A stretch of DNA of 64,000 nucleotides from Eledone cirrhosa (GCA_964016885.1 OZ024742.1:14260001-14324000), one strand, 5' to 3'. Positions 26,075-38,140 are shown, counted from the stretch's first letter. Translations and numbers: made by a program. Notes: generated by a model from the letters alone, not told the origin.

Positions 26075-27372
26075 TAGACATTGTATGATGGTTGCTAACA
26101 TGTGGAGTGTGATATTGCATGGCAGTGAGACATAGCTGGTAGATGCAGAATATATGTAGACGGTGGAGAGAAATAAAGCAAGCATGCTCCATTGGATGTG
26201 CAATGTCCATCTACAGGAATAATAATGTATGGATGAATTGAGAGATAAATTAGATATAAGAAGAATCAGATGCTGTGTATTGCAAGCATGGACATGTGGT
26301 GTTTATAGATACAGGTCACTGGCTGAAGAGGTGTTAGTTGTTGTTCACTAGAAGACTGAGTTGGTATGGACATGTGGTGTTTATAGATACAGGTCACTGG
26401 CTGAAGAGGTGTTAGTTGTTGTTCACTAGAAGACTGAGTTGGTATGGACATGTGGTGTTTATAGATACAGGTCACTGGCTGAAGAGGTGCCAGGTGTTCA
26501 CTAGAAGACTGAGTTGGTATGGACATGTGGTGTTTATAGATACAGGTCACTGGCTGAAGAGGTGTTAGTTGTTGTTCACTAGAAGACTGAGCTGGTATGG
26601 ACATGTGGTGTTTATAGATACAGGTCACTGGCTGAAGAGGTGTTAGTTATTGTTCACTAGAATACTGAGTTGGTATGGACATGTGGTGTTTATAGATACA
26701 GGTCACTGGCTGAAGAGGTGTTAGTTATTGTTCACTAGAATACTGAGTTGGTATGGACATGTGGTGTTTATAGATACAGGTCACTGGCTGAAGAGGTGTT
26801 AGTTGTTGTTCACTAGAAGACTGAGTTGGTATGGACATGTGGTGTTTATAGATACAGGTCACTGGCTGAAGAGGTGTTAGTTATTGTTCACTAGAATACT
26901 GAGTTGGTATGGACATGTGGTGTTTATAGATACAGGTCACTGGCTGAAGAGGTGCCAGGTGTTCACTAGAAGACTGAGTTGGTATGGACATGTGGTGTTT
27001 ATAGATACAGGTCACTGGCTGAAGAGGTGTTAGTTGTTGTTCACTAGAAGACTGAGCTGGTATGGACATGTGGTGTTTATAGATACAGGTCACTGGCTGA
27101 AGAGGTGTTAGTTGTTGTTCACGAGAAGACTGAGCTGGTATGGACATGTGGTGTTTATAGATACAGGTCACTGGCTGAAGAGGTGTTAGTTGTTGTTCAC
27201 TAGAAGACTGAAATCTGAGAAAAAGTTGGTCAGAGGAGATTAGAGCCGATCTTAGAATGGCTGGACCTCACAGAGATGACCAAGGAATGTTTTAAGTAGA
27301 GTGAGGTTGTGTTGGAGAGGACTTGTCCAACCCATGCCAGCATAGAAGAGTGGATGTATGATGATGATGATG
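26075..27372 (+). mobile_element. RTE 3' relic containing a 78-bp tandem array (26287-27210, about 12 copies)
   Basis: LHGSET and ASMLHWMCN remnants; the repeat unit contains the RLSWYGHV-coding segment; (TGA)n tail. Confidence 0.85.
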
Positions 27373-28744
27373 ACATTGCACAGACATACACATACTCTAA
27401 TATACATACCCTCACACATACATTCACACTGTGTCTGTTATGGCTTAGTACAACATGCTAGAAACTCTGAAGGTGTGTGTATATTGTAACTGTACACTCA
27501 CACATATATGCACACTCATACACATACTCATACACACTCATATACATACACACATATATACATACACACACTGTCTTGGAAAAGTTTTTCTCGTATCATG
27601 TTTAATTTTTACCATTCTATAATAATTTAGCAGAAAATATCTAAAATCGGGTTTGTTAATTCAGATGTTTATAGTATCTTTACTGGTAGACAGATTGTTG
27701 TGAAAACTATTAGTGGTGCAAATATAGTGCTGTCTTGTGTTTTTCAAGAATGTCTTGCTAATATCATTTCATGTGCTTTGTTAATTCAAATGTTTATAGT
27801 ATATTGACCAGTAGACAGATTGTTGTGAACATTTGTAGTATTACAGTAAAGACTTTAATTTTTAATGTGATGTAGTCATAGTGCTGGTTTGTGTTTTTCA
27901 AGCATTCCCTAACAGCTACGCCACTATCACTTCATATCCACTCATGACCCCTCCACCATTCACTCCTTAGCTGCTTTCCCCTCAAAAAGCTTTAGATACC
28001 CTCACTATTACACCCTTGTAGCTACCCTCTTCACGCTTATGCATCGCACCCATACCCACTCCATTATCACTCCTTAGCCCCCCCCCCCCCCCCCACACAC
28101 ACACACTAATGACCAAACTATCCATGTCCCTCCCCCCTACATCCACAGTGTTCTCACCACCCTGTCCTCTTCCCCTTTCATCACCCTGTCAAATCACACA
28201 TTTGCCACAACTTCATACTTATCTGTCACTTATGCACCCCCTCCCCCACTGAGCAGAGAGGGCTCTTCTGTTGGGACAAGGATCAACAACCTCTCTAGCA
28301 TTGATGCCACATAATGCACCCAGTGCACTCTGTAAGGGGTTGGCAAAAAGAAGGGTACTCCATTGTAGAAACCATTGCCTATAAGAAAAAAAGAAAGGTA
28401 GAGAGGGCCCTTCAGTTGTGTCAGTGCAACAGACCTCAGTAATGTTGGTGATCTACACTATAACGCACTCAGTACACACTGTAAATTGGTTGATGATAGG
28501 AAGGGCATCAAGCCATAAAATTTTGCCAAACAAAGGGTTGAGAGAACCCTTCAGTTATGTTAAAGACATAACACCCTTTTTTGTGCACTCGGTAGAATGT
28601 GTGACTGAACGTAAATGAAAGGTAGACCTCTCCTGGCCTATCTGGAAAGTCAGTAGCCTTGTTTCACTACTTACTTGGTCTATATAGACCTGTCCAACCC
28701 TTGCTAGCAGGGAAGGGGAACATTAAATGATGATGATGATGATG

Positions 28745-29120
28745 TCCATGCGAAGACTGGAGAGAGATGAAGCAAGCATGCTTCAATGGATGTGGAATGT
28801 TGATGTGTGGACAAAGCATGGACGAACTGAGTTAGAGGAATCAGATGTTGTGTGCAGGAGAGAGGACTGCACTGGTATGGACATGTGATGTGCACGGATG
28901 ATGATCACTGAGTGAAGAAATTCCAAGAAATCCCAGTGAAGGGAAGTCACAGTAGAAGAAGACCCAGGAAAATCTGAGCAGAAGTCATGAGAGCTGATTA
29001 TCAATTGTTGAAGCTCACAAAAGTGATCACAAAAATAGCAACAAATAGAGAGTGACTGTGCTGAAAAACATCTGTCCAATGTATGCAAGCATGGAAAAGC
29101 AGACATAATATGATGATGAT
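28745..29120 (+). mobile_element. RTE 3' relic
   Basis: LERDEASMLQWMWN...GIRCCVQERGLHWYGHVM and a (TGA)n tail. Confidence 0.8.
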
Positions 29121-29235
29121 ATATGTATGTGTGTATATGTATATATATATAATATGTAGATTCCCAAATTGTGTCAGAGGTGACCACAGTTTAAAAAGAT
29201 ACTTAATATGTTGGTAGAGTATATGCATCTTTATT

Positions 29236-29355
29236 ATATATAGAAATGATTTCTACAGGATAAGAACTGTTTCATTCATATGAAATCACCATTCCTGATG
29301 ATTGCATACAAATGAAATAGTTATAGTCCTGTAGAAGTCATGTCTAAATATATAT
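29236..29355. repeat. Imperfect palindrome with a hammerhead-like core
   Basis: Arms match 7893-7986. CTGATGA at 29295-29301 is followed by ...GAAAT...GTC. Confidence 0.75.
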
Positions 29356-29407
29356 ATATATATATGTGTGTGTGTGTAATTGTTGTTGTTATTTAACATA
29401 ATATACG

Positions 29408-29476
<69 letters not shown>

Positions 29477-29492
29477 AACTGTTGTTATTCAG

Positions 29493-29648
29493 GAAGCCAG
29501 AGGAAGGGAGAGCCAAAACAAGTGATATTTTCAGATGGTATTAGACCTGGTGGTGATCTAACTGAAGAAGTTGATCATCCTCAAGAGACACGGATACCAC
29601 CAAGACGGATTGGCCGTGTACAGAAAAAAGTAGAAAGAATAACTCAGG
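29493..29648 (+). CDS. ZFYVE9: SARA exon D with RVxF-type PP1c docking motif
   Basis: ttcag| acceptor, G|gttagt donor. GSQRKGEPKQVIFSDGIRPGGDLTEE... (KxVxF). 156 nt, phase 1/1. Confidence 0.9.
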
Positions 29649-29693
29649 GTTAGTTAAATTATTTACACTTTAAATATGTTTACATTATGAATT

Positions 29694-30146
29694 TGTAATA
29701 TTAGAATTTGGATTTAATGCTCTGAAATAGCGATATATATGTGAAGACAAACATAGAATATTCGAAAATATTCTGTATGTTTATAATAAACATTTGAAGA
29801 CCTAATCGCTATAGAATAGAATACGTCACGTATTACAATTTGAGATTCTCGATAAAAGCAAGGGAAGTAACCTACGCGTTTCATTCTCATTAGAAATCAT
29901 CAGGATTACATATCCAATGCTTTTATCGAGAACGACACAGCTAGAGACTTATAGAATACTTAGCTGTGTACAGGAACTGGTTTGAAAGAGCGGTTGCCGG
30001 TCCGGCAGAAATTAGAATTTGGATTTAATGCTCTGAAATAGCGATATATATGTGAAGACAAACATAGAATATTCGAAAATATTCTGTATGTTTATAATAA
30101 ACATTTGAAGACCTAATCGCTATAGAATAGAATACATGTAATATTA
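29694..30146 (-). mobile_element. Retrozyme / Penelope-pLTR-like non-coding insertion (311-nt unit + 125-nt redundancy)
   Basis: 29700-29824 is identical to 30011-30135. TGTAATATTA is duplicated at 29694-29703 and 30137-30146. The hammerhead lies inside. Confidence 0.75.
29867..29909 (-). ncRNA. Type I minimal hammerhead ribozyme
   Basis: Minus strand reads GUAAUC-CUGAUGA-U-UUCU-AAUG-AGAA-U-GAAAC-GC-GUA-GGUUAC. The core is intact, stem I is 6 bp, stem II is 4 bp and stem III is the palindrome ACGCGU. Predicted cleavage after GUA, between 29873 and 29872. Confidence 0.85.
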
Positions 30147-30164
30147 ATTTAATTTACCAAAGAT

Positions 30165-30642
30165 AAAAGCATCGAGTACACACTGTAAAGTGGTCGTTTT
30201 GGTGTCACAATAAAAAAACACCCAGTACACACTGTAAAGTGGTCGTTTTGGTGTCACAATAAAAAACACCCAGTACACACTGTAAAGTGGTCGTTCTGGT
30301 GTTGTGACACCCAGTACACACTGTAAAGTAGTCGTTCTGGTGTCACAATAAAAAAACACCCAGTACACACTGTAAAGTAGTCGTTTTGGTGTCACAATAA
30401 AAAAACACCCAGTACACACTGTAAAGTAGTCGTTTTGGTGTCACAATAAAAAACACCCAGTACACACTGTAAAGTAGTCGTTCTGGTGTCACAATAAAAA
30501 AACACCCAGTACACACTGTAAAGTGGTCGTTTTGGTGTCACAATAAAAACACAGTCATCTGATCTGACTTGTCTGACAACAGGACAACTCGTCTAACTCA
30601 TGCTAGCGTGGAAAAATGGACGTTAAACGGTGATGATGATGA
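30165..30642 (+). repeat. About 48-bp tandem array (about 8 copies) in an RTE-type 3' tail
   Basis: Unit aaaaaacacccagtacacactgtaaagtggtcgttttggtgtcacaat, ending in gacgttaaacggtgatgatgat. Confidence 0.9.
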
Positions 30643-31404
30643 ATTTAATGAAGGGATATAATCTACATGGGAAAAAAAAACGTTTACATGAAATTCTAAT
30701 AAGGTTTATTGCCCTTGTTTTCTAACATCAATCTTTTTTTAGATTAATTTATTAGATTAGTTTATTCCTAAGATAAATTACATAAAAATAATAAAGAATT
30801 TAATATTTAATCAAACATAGAGAAAAAGAAAGCAGTATTGGAAAGGACTATAAATGCCATCTATAATTATTATATGTTTACCATTATGCTCAGTGAAACC
30901 TGTTGTCTTTGGCTGTTGTATCTTGTTCTTACCTGAGAACAGTAGCACAATAATAATTAAGACTGTTGAAATCTTGATTTATAAATATTTTCAGTTGAAC
31001 TCTTCCCTCATATTTCTAGTGAAAGATACTGGCTATCATTTTCAAACTTTTTCATTATTAAGCTGGTGTTTGGAATGTAACTTAACAAAGCTACTTACCT
31101 AAAATTATGGTGAAAGATTTTTCAATAAATATAAATATAAAAACAAGCAGTTTTATATTGTAAAATCAAAGACAGGTTGGTATTTAAAAAAGGTTAAACA
31201 TAGCTTTGATAAATTCTATATAAGTATGGTCAGGGAATCTAACAATAGTTGGGGATAGGAGTTTCATTGGAATGTGTAAACTGTAGAAATATGAAAGGTC
31301 AGGTTAGATTTAAACATTCAAATTATCATCATAATAACTCATGTTTCAGATGATTATCCTTCTTCTTCTTCTTGATTAGTTGTTTAAATATTTCTATTTT
31401 ATAG

Positions 31405-31524
31405 GCAATGACCAATCTATCACTCCACGCACACGCTGTTTGCGGTCAGCAAATAGCCCCCGAAATAAATGTCACATCCCAGAAAATGGATTACCACCTG
31501 TTCTATTGTCCAGTAGTGGCAAAG
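31405..31524 (+). CDS. ZFYVE9: SARA exon E
   Basis: tatag| acceptor, G|gtaaat donor. ...KCHIPENGLPPVLLSSSGK resembles SARA LIPEDGLPPILISTGVK. 120 nt. Confidence 0.88.
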
Positions 31525-31773
31525 GTAAATAGTATTACCTGTTCTATAACCACCTGTTCTATAACCACCTGTTCTATAATCACCTGTTCTATTACCACCT
31601 GTTCTATAATCACCTGTTCTATTACCCCTGTTCTACCTGTTTTATAACCCCCTGTTCTATTACTACCAGTTCTATAACCACCTGTTCTATTGTCCAAAGG
31701 TAAATAGTACCACCTATTCTATAACCCTTAATATTATCCAGTAAAGGTAAATCATCATAATGTTATGTTTCAG

Positions 31774-31827
31774 ATAATGTGTTGGATGAGAATCCAGATA
31801 TTGAGCAAATTTTGACTAAAGTTAAAA
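31774..31827 (+). CDS. ZFYVE9: SARA exon F
   Basis: ttcag| acceptor, A|gtaagt donor. DNVLDENPDIEQILTKVK; 54 nt; keeps the frame between exons E and G. Confidence 0.85.
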
Positions 31828-32399
31828 GTAAGTAATTTATTAAATATTCCAATTGTTATATTGATTTACTGGTTTCTATCATTAGACTGTGGCCATGCTA
31901 GGGCATTGCTTTGATTTAGTCAATCATATCAACCCCAGTAATTATTCTTATATTCATTTATTTGTTACAGTCATTAGACTGTGGCCATGTTGGGGCACTG
32001 CCTTGATTTAGTTGATCATATCAACCCCAGTAATTATTCTTATATTCATTTGTGACTGTGGATCATATCAACCCCAGTAATTATTCTTATATTCATTTGT
32101 GACTGTGGCCCTTCTGGGGATTTGCTTTGATTTAGTCAATCATATCAAACCCAGTTTTTTTACTAAGTTTGGTACTCATTTTATTGATATTTTCTTTTTG
32201 TCAAACTGACATAAACATATACACATATATACACACATATACACACACACACCCACACATCATAATTATCATCATTGTTGTTTTTATATTGAACTTTCCA
32301 TGCCTGGATAAGTTGGATAGGACTTTTCCTCACACCAACCCTCTTAGTTGATTCTTATGACATATGGTGTACCTATTATAAACTACATACACTATACAA

Positions 32400-32701
32400 C
32401 ATCATTTTATGTCTGCTTTTCCCTGCTTGCAAGGGTGGGACGGGAACTGAATCTGGCTTGATTTCTACAGCTGGATGCCCTTCCTAACACCAACCTCATT
32501 TACAGTGAGTGCTGGGTGCTTTTTTGCCGTGGCGCCTACATGTCCACTTTGCAGTGTGGGCTGGGTGCTTTTTTGCTGTGGCACCTCCACGACCACTTTG
32601 CAGTGGAATGATAGGGACCCCAGTCCCTATCATCTCATTTCTACAGCTGAGTAAACTGTAGCAATGTGAAATAAAGTGTCTTGCTCAAGGAAACAACACA
32701 T

Positions 32702-32702
<1 letters not shown>
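32400..32702 (-). mobile_element. 5'-truncated tRNA-SINE with RTE-derived tail
   Basis: Near-identical to 55318-55580. Confidence 0.85.
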
Positions 32703-32739
<37 letters not shown>

Positions 32740-32928
32740 CTCGCATCTTTGAGTTATAAGACGGCATAGCCACACATCTCTCCATCTCCCTTGAAAATCA
32801 TGAAACTTGTGAAACTGGTTAAGTTATAAATTATTGTAAATAAACCTTCTTAAAGACACCATTTGCATTTTCAACTTGTTTTTCCTGTATATATGTGTGT
32901 ATCTATCTATCTCTATATCTATCTGTAG

Positions 32929-32997
32929 GTGATGAACATGAACCTGTGATATTTTCAATAAACAATAACCTATTTGTGAGTGTGAAAATCGTGCAGT
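32929..32997 (+). CDS. ZFYVE9: SARA exon G
   Basis: tgtag| acceptor, T|gtaagt donor. SDEHEPVIFSINNNLFVSVKIVQ resembles SARA PLVFVLNANLLSMVKIV. 69 nt. Confidence 0.88.
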
Positions 32998-33316
32998 GTA
33001 AGTATCAATATACCATGTAGTCAATGTAGGTAGATTTAGTATAACAACTACTAAACACACTTTCCCATACAGCATGAAAGCTAAAATTAATTTTAGTATG
33101 AAACATTTAAGAAATATATCAGATAATTTCTAACCAAGTTGATATGAAGTTATCAGAAAATATATTTGACCTTTGTAGCAATGAAACTGTAGTATGGTAT
33201 GACTGGTGACTCTATAATTAAAACACTGATGAAACCTTCTGTGGGATGCAACTTCATGGGTGAAGGCTAAACCTACATATATGTATGCACTTTAACATTG
33301 CAGCAATGATATAAAG

Positions 33317-36300
33317 CAGTTATGGGCAAACTGTGGCCTGCGAGCTGTATGCAGCCCATTTGACTTTCTGAATGGCACGCCTAATCTCAAAATTGTCTTG
33401 AATGTAGTGTAGCCCACCTTATAATGAGCCACATTTTATGTGGCCTGCCTTATAATGAGCCACATTTTATGTGGCCTGCCTTATAATGAGCCACATTTTA
33501 TGTGGCCTGCCTTATAATGAGCCACATCCTATGTAGCCCACCTTATAATGAGCCACATCCTATGTGGTCCACCTTATACTGAGCCACATCCTATGTGGCC
33601 CACCTTATAATGAGTCACATCCTATGTGGTCCACCTTATAATGAGTCACATCCTATGTGGTCCATCTTATAATGAGCCACATCCTATGTGGTCCACCTTA
33701 TAATGAGCCACATCCTATGTGGTCCACCTTATAATGAGTCACATCCTATGTGGTCCATCTTATAATGAGTCACATCCTATATGGTCCACCTTATAATGAG
33801 CCACATCCTATGTGGTCCACCTTATAATGAGTCACATCCTATGTGGTCCACCTTATAATGAGCCACATCCTATGTGGCCTGCCTTATAATGAGCCACATC
33901 CTATGTGGTCCACTTTATAATGAGTCACATCCTATGTGGTCCACCTTATAATGAGCCATATCCTATGTGGCCCACCTTATAATGAGCCACATCCTATGTG
34001 GTCCACCTTATAATGAGCCATATCCTATGTGGCCCACCTTATAATGAGCCACATCCTATGTGGTCCACCTTATAATGAGCCACATCCTATGTGGTCCACC
34101 TTATAATGAGCCATATCCTATGTGGTCCACCTTATAATGAGCCACATCCTATGTGGTCCACCTTATAATGAGCCACATCCTATGTGGTCCACCTTATAAT
34201 GAGCCATATCCTATGTGGCCCACCTTATAATGAGCCACATCCTATGTGGTCCACCTTATAATGAGCCACATCCTATGTGGTCCACCTTATAATGAGCCAC
34301 ATCCTATGTGGTCCACCTTATAATGAGTCACATCCTATGTGGTCCACCTTATGATGAGCCACATCCTATGTGGTCCTCCTTATAATGAGTCACATCCTAT
34401 GTGGTCCACCTTATACTGAGCCACATCCTATGTGGTCCACCTTATAATGAGCCACATCCTATGTGGTCCACCTTATAATGAGTCACATCCTATGTGGTCC
34501 ACCTTATACTGAGCCACATCCTATGTGGTCCTCCTTATAATGAGTCACATCCTATGTGGTCCACCTTATAATGAGCCACATCCTATGTGGTCCACCTTAT
34601 GATGAGTCACATCTTATGTGGTCCACCTTATAATGAGCCACATCCTATGTGGTCCATCTTATAATGAGCCACATCCTATGTGGTCCACCTTACGATGAGT
34701 CACATCCTATGTGGTCCACCTTATACTGAGCCACATCCTATGTGGTCCACCTTATAATGAGCCACATCCTATGTGGTCCACCTTATGATGAGCCACATCC
34801 TATGTGGTCCACCTTATAATGAGCCACATCCTATGTGGTCCATCTTATAATGAGCCACATCCTATGTGGTCCACCTTATAATGAGTCACATCCTATGTGG
34901 TCCACCTTATGATGAGCCACATCCTATGTGGTCCACCTTATAATGAGTCACATCCTATGTGGTCCACCTTATAATGAGCCACATCCTATGTGGTCCACCT
35001 TATGATGAGCCACATCCTATGTGGTCCACCTTATAATGAGCCACATCCTATGTGGTCCATCTTATAATGAGCCACATCCTATGTGGTCCACCTTATAATG
35101 AGTCACATCCTATGTGGTCCACCTTATACTGAGCCACATCCTATGTGGTCCACCTTATAATGAGCCACATCCTATGTGGTCCACCTTATACTGAGCCACA
35201 TCCTATGTGGTCCACCTTATGATGAGCCACATCCTATGTGGTCCACCTTATAATGAGCCACATCCTATGTGGTCCACCTTACGATGAGTCACATCCTATG
35301 TGGTCCACCTTATAATGAGCCACATCCTATGTGGCCTGCCTTATAATGAGCCACATCCTATGTGGTCCACCTTATGATGAGCCACATCCTATGTGGTCCA
35401 CCTTATAATGAGCCACATCCTATGTGGTCCACCTTATACTGTGCCACATCTTATGTGGTCCACCTTATAATGAGCCACATCCTATGTGGTCCACCTTATA
35501 ATGAGTCACATCCTATGTGGTCCACCTTATAATGAGTCACATCCTATGTGGTCCACCTTATAATGAGTCACATCCTATGTGGTCCACCTCATAATGAGCC
35601 ACATCCTATGTGGCCTGCCTTATACTGAGCCACATCTTATGTGGTCCACCTTATAATGAGCCACATCCTATGTGGCCTGCCTTATACTGAGCCACATCTT
35701 ATGTGGTCCACCTTATAATGAGTCACATCCTATGTGGCCTGCCTTATACTGAGCCACATCCTATGTGGTCCACCTTATAATGAGCCACATCCTATGTGGT
35801 CCACCTCATAATGAGCCACATCCTATGTGGCCCACCTTATAATGAGCCACATCCTATGTGGTCCACCTTATAATGAGCCACATCCTATGTGGTCCACCTC
35901 ATAATGAGCCACATTCTATGTGGTCCATTTTATAATGAGCCACATCCTATGTGGTCCACCTTATAATGAGCCACATCCTATGTGGTCCACCTTATAATGA
36001 GCCACATCTTATGTGGTCCACCTTATAATGAGCCACATCCTATGTGGTCCACCTTATAATGAGCCACATCTTATGTGGTCCACCTTATAATGAGCCACAT
36101 CTTATGTGGTCTACCTTATAATGAGCCACATCCTATGTGGTCCACCTTATAATGAGCCACATCCTATGTGGTCCACCTTATAATGAGCCACATCTTATGT
36201 GGTCCACCTTATAATGAGCCACATCTTATGTGGTCCACCTTATAATGAGTCACATCCTATGTGGTCCACCTTACGATGAGTCACATCCTATGTGGTCCAC

Positions 36301-36388
36301 CTTACGATGAGTCACATCCTATGTGGTCCACCATAGGATGAGCCACATCTTATGTGGCCCACTGCTTGAAAAGGGTTGCCCATGCCTG
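33317..36388. mobile_element. hAT-type MITE swollen by an internal 31-bp array (about 33414-36360, about 95 copies)
   Basis: Ends cagttatgggcaa / ttgcccatgcctg; 8-bp TSD atataaag / ctataaag; unit ccaccttataatgagccacatcctatgtggt. Confidence 0.85.
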
Positions 36389-36618
36389 CTATAAAGTAAC
36401 AACATTAAACACATTTTAACAATTTCATCAATTTCAATTAAAACCTTTTACTGTATATACTTGTGTATAAGTTATACCTTTGTCTATAAAATATGACATT
36501 AAAAACCAACGTCATTTATCTACTCAAACTAGAATACCTCATTTCAAAATATACAGTATCTAATTATTATATAAAATGCCACTGTTTAAAGAACCTTTTA
36601 TTTCTACATCTATTTCAG

Positions 36619-36783
36619 TGGATTGTTGTGTAAATCGAACCTGCTGGGCATTCACTACAAGAGGCATGTGTACAGTGGGACAAGATGAAATAGTTATTGT
36701 ACTGGAATGCTTTCAGGATGAAAAAATGATTCCAAAAGATATATTTTGGCATTTTCATACTGTTTATGAAGAAGCTTATAAAG
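36619..36783 (+). CDS. ZFYVE9: SARA exon H
   Basis: ttcag| acceptor, weak G|gttttt donor. LDCCVNRTCWAFTTRGMCTVGQDEIVIVLECFQDEKMIPKDIFWHF...; 165 nt. Confidence 0.9.
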
Positions 36784-37227
36784 GTTTTTATTATTAGCTT
36801 TTATCTTATTTTGCATGATTCTCTTTAGAGATTCCTACTTTCAAAATGTCATCTTCCAGGTTCCTATTTCTGCTCTTACTCACATTCAATCTTGTTCTTA
36901 GTCCTTTATTCTATAATTACTTTCAGTTTAAAATTATGGACAATATTTCTGCAGTTGCAATTCTCTTAATTCTAAAGTGAAATTTTCTATTATATTTAGT
37001 TGTGAATTGACAGTCATTAGAATGTTGAGTTAAATACTTCAGTATTTGTTTCAGCTGACAGTGTTCACAGTTCAAACCCTGCTGAGGTCAACTTTGACTT
37101 TCATCCTTTCAGGATTGATAAAGTACCAGTCCAGAGGCAGTGGTTAGTGGAATTCTTATAGAGTCAGACTAGTTGTTTTATAGTATCTCATCTGGCTTAG
37201 TACATTCTGAGTTCAAATCCTCCTGTC

Positions 37228-37463
37228 TTAACACTTTAGCATTTACATTACTCTATATTACTCTATATTTACTATTATATTTTCATGGTAAAAGCTTTAC
37301 CTTACATAATTATCTCACATAACATCGAATCTGTGAGATTTTGATATTTATTTTGAGAACAATACCTTAACATCAGTATGAGTAGCTGGTTACAGCCAGT
37401 TTCAATAGAAAGAGGTGAGGGAATTCTGGCCAGAGACAGTTGGTTTAAATGCTAAAGGGTTAA
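37228..37463. mobile_element. TTAA-flanked piggyBac-like MITE (opposite orientation)
   Basis: Reverse complement of the 5964 family, inserted in SINE sequence. Confidence 0.75.
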
Positions 37464-37837
37464 GTTGCGACCAGCAAACACTATCAACAATGGAAAGACC
37501 AATAGAAACATTTCTTGGTCTCATCTGACAATCAGCTCCTTTCCTTAGCGTCATCATCATCACTATTTAACGCCCATTTTTCCACGCTAGCATAGGTTGG
37601 ACGGTGTATTATATGTAATTACTTTGCCTCTTCTGAGATTATTAAAGTATTTCTATTGTAAATGTAATGAATACAATTAGTTTGAATAATTAAACTAAAT
37701 GTTTCTTGTATTGTATATGTCGATATCTTCAGGTAGACCTATCTCAGATGTTGTGAGTCATATTGTATATGTCGATATCTTCAGGTAGACCTATCTCAGA
37801 TGTTGTGAGTCATATTGTATATCTCTCCCTATTTCAG

Positions 37838-38062
37838 GTAATCCTGTCTCAGACATGGGACATACTATATTCAACCAAAGTTTTCTAGGGAGCCGAGACC
37901 ATGGTGGCTTCCTCTATATCAGACCAACCTTCCAGTGCCTACAGAAAATCAGTCTACCTAGTCCTCCTTACCTTTTTGGAATTCTTCTCCAGACATGGGA
38001 AGCTCCTTGGGCAAAAGTCTTCCCAATTCGATTACTTTTGAGGCTCGGTGCTGAATATAGAT
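37838..38062 (+). CDS. ZFYVE9: SARA exon I
   Basis: ttcag| acceptor, T|gtaagt donor. SFLGSRDHGGFLYIRPTFQCLQKISLPSPPYLFGILLQTWEAPWAKVFPIRLLLRLGAEYR; 225 nt. Confidence 0.95.
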
Positions 38063-38090
38063 GTAAGTTCTACATTTAACCATATATATG

Positions 38091-38122
<32 letters not shown>

Positions 38123-38140
38123 AAAAAGATGAAATCGAAA

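Noticed and set aside
33414-36360. CRISPR-like appearance of a palindromic 31-bp repeat
   Set aside because: Units are head-to-tail without unique spacers, there are no cas genes, and the context is a eukaryotic intron.
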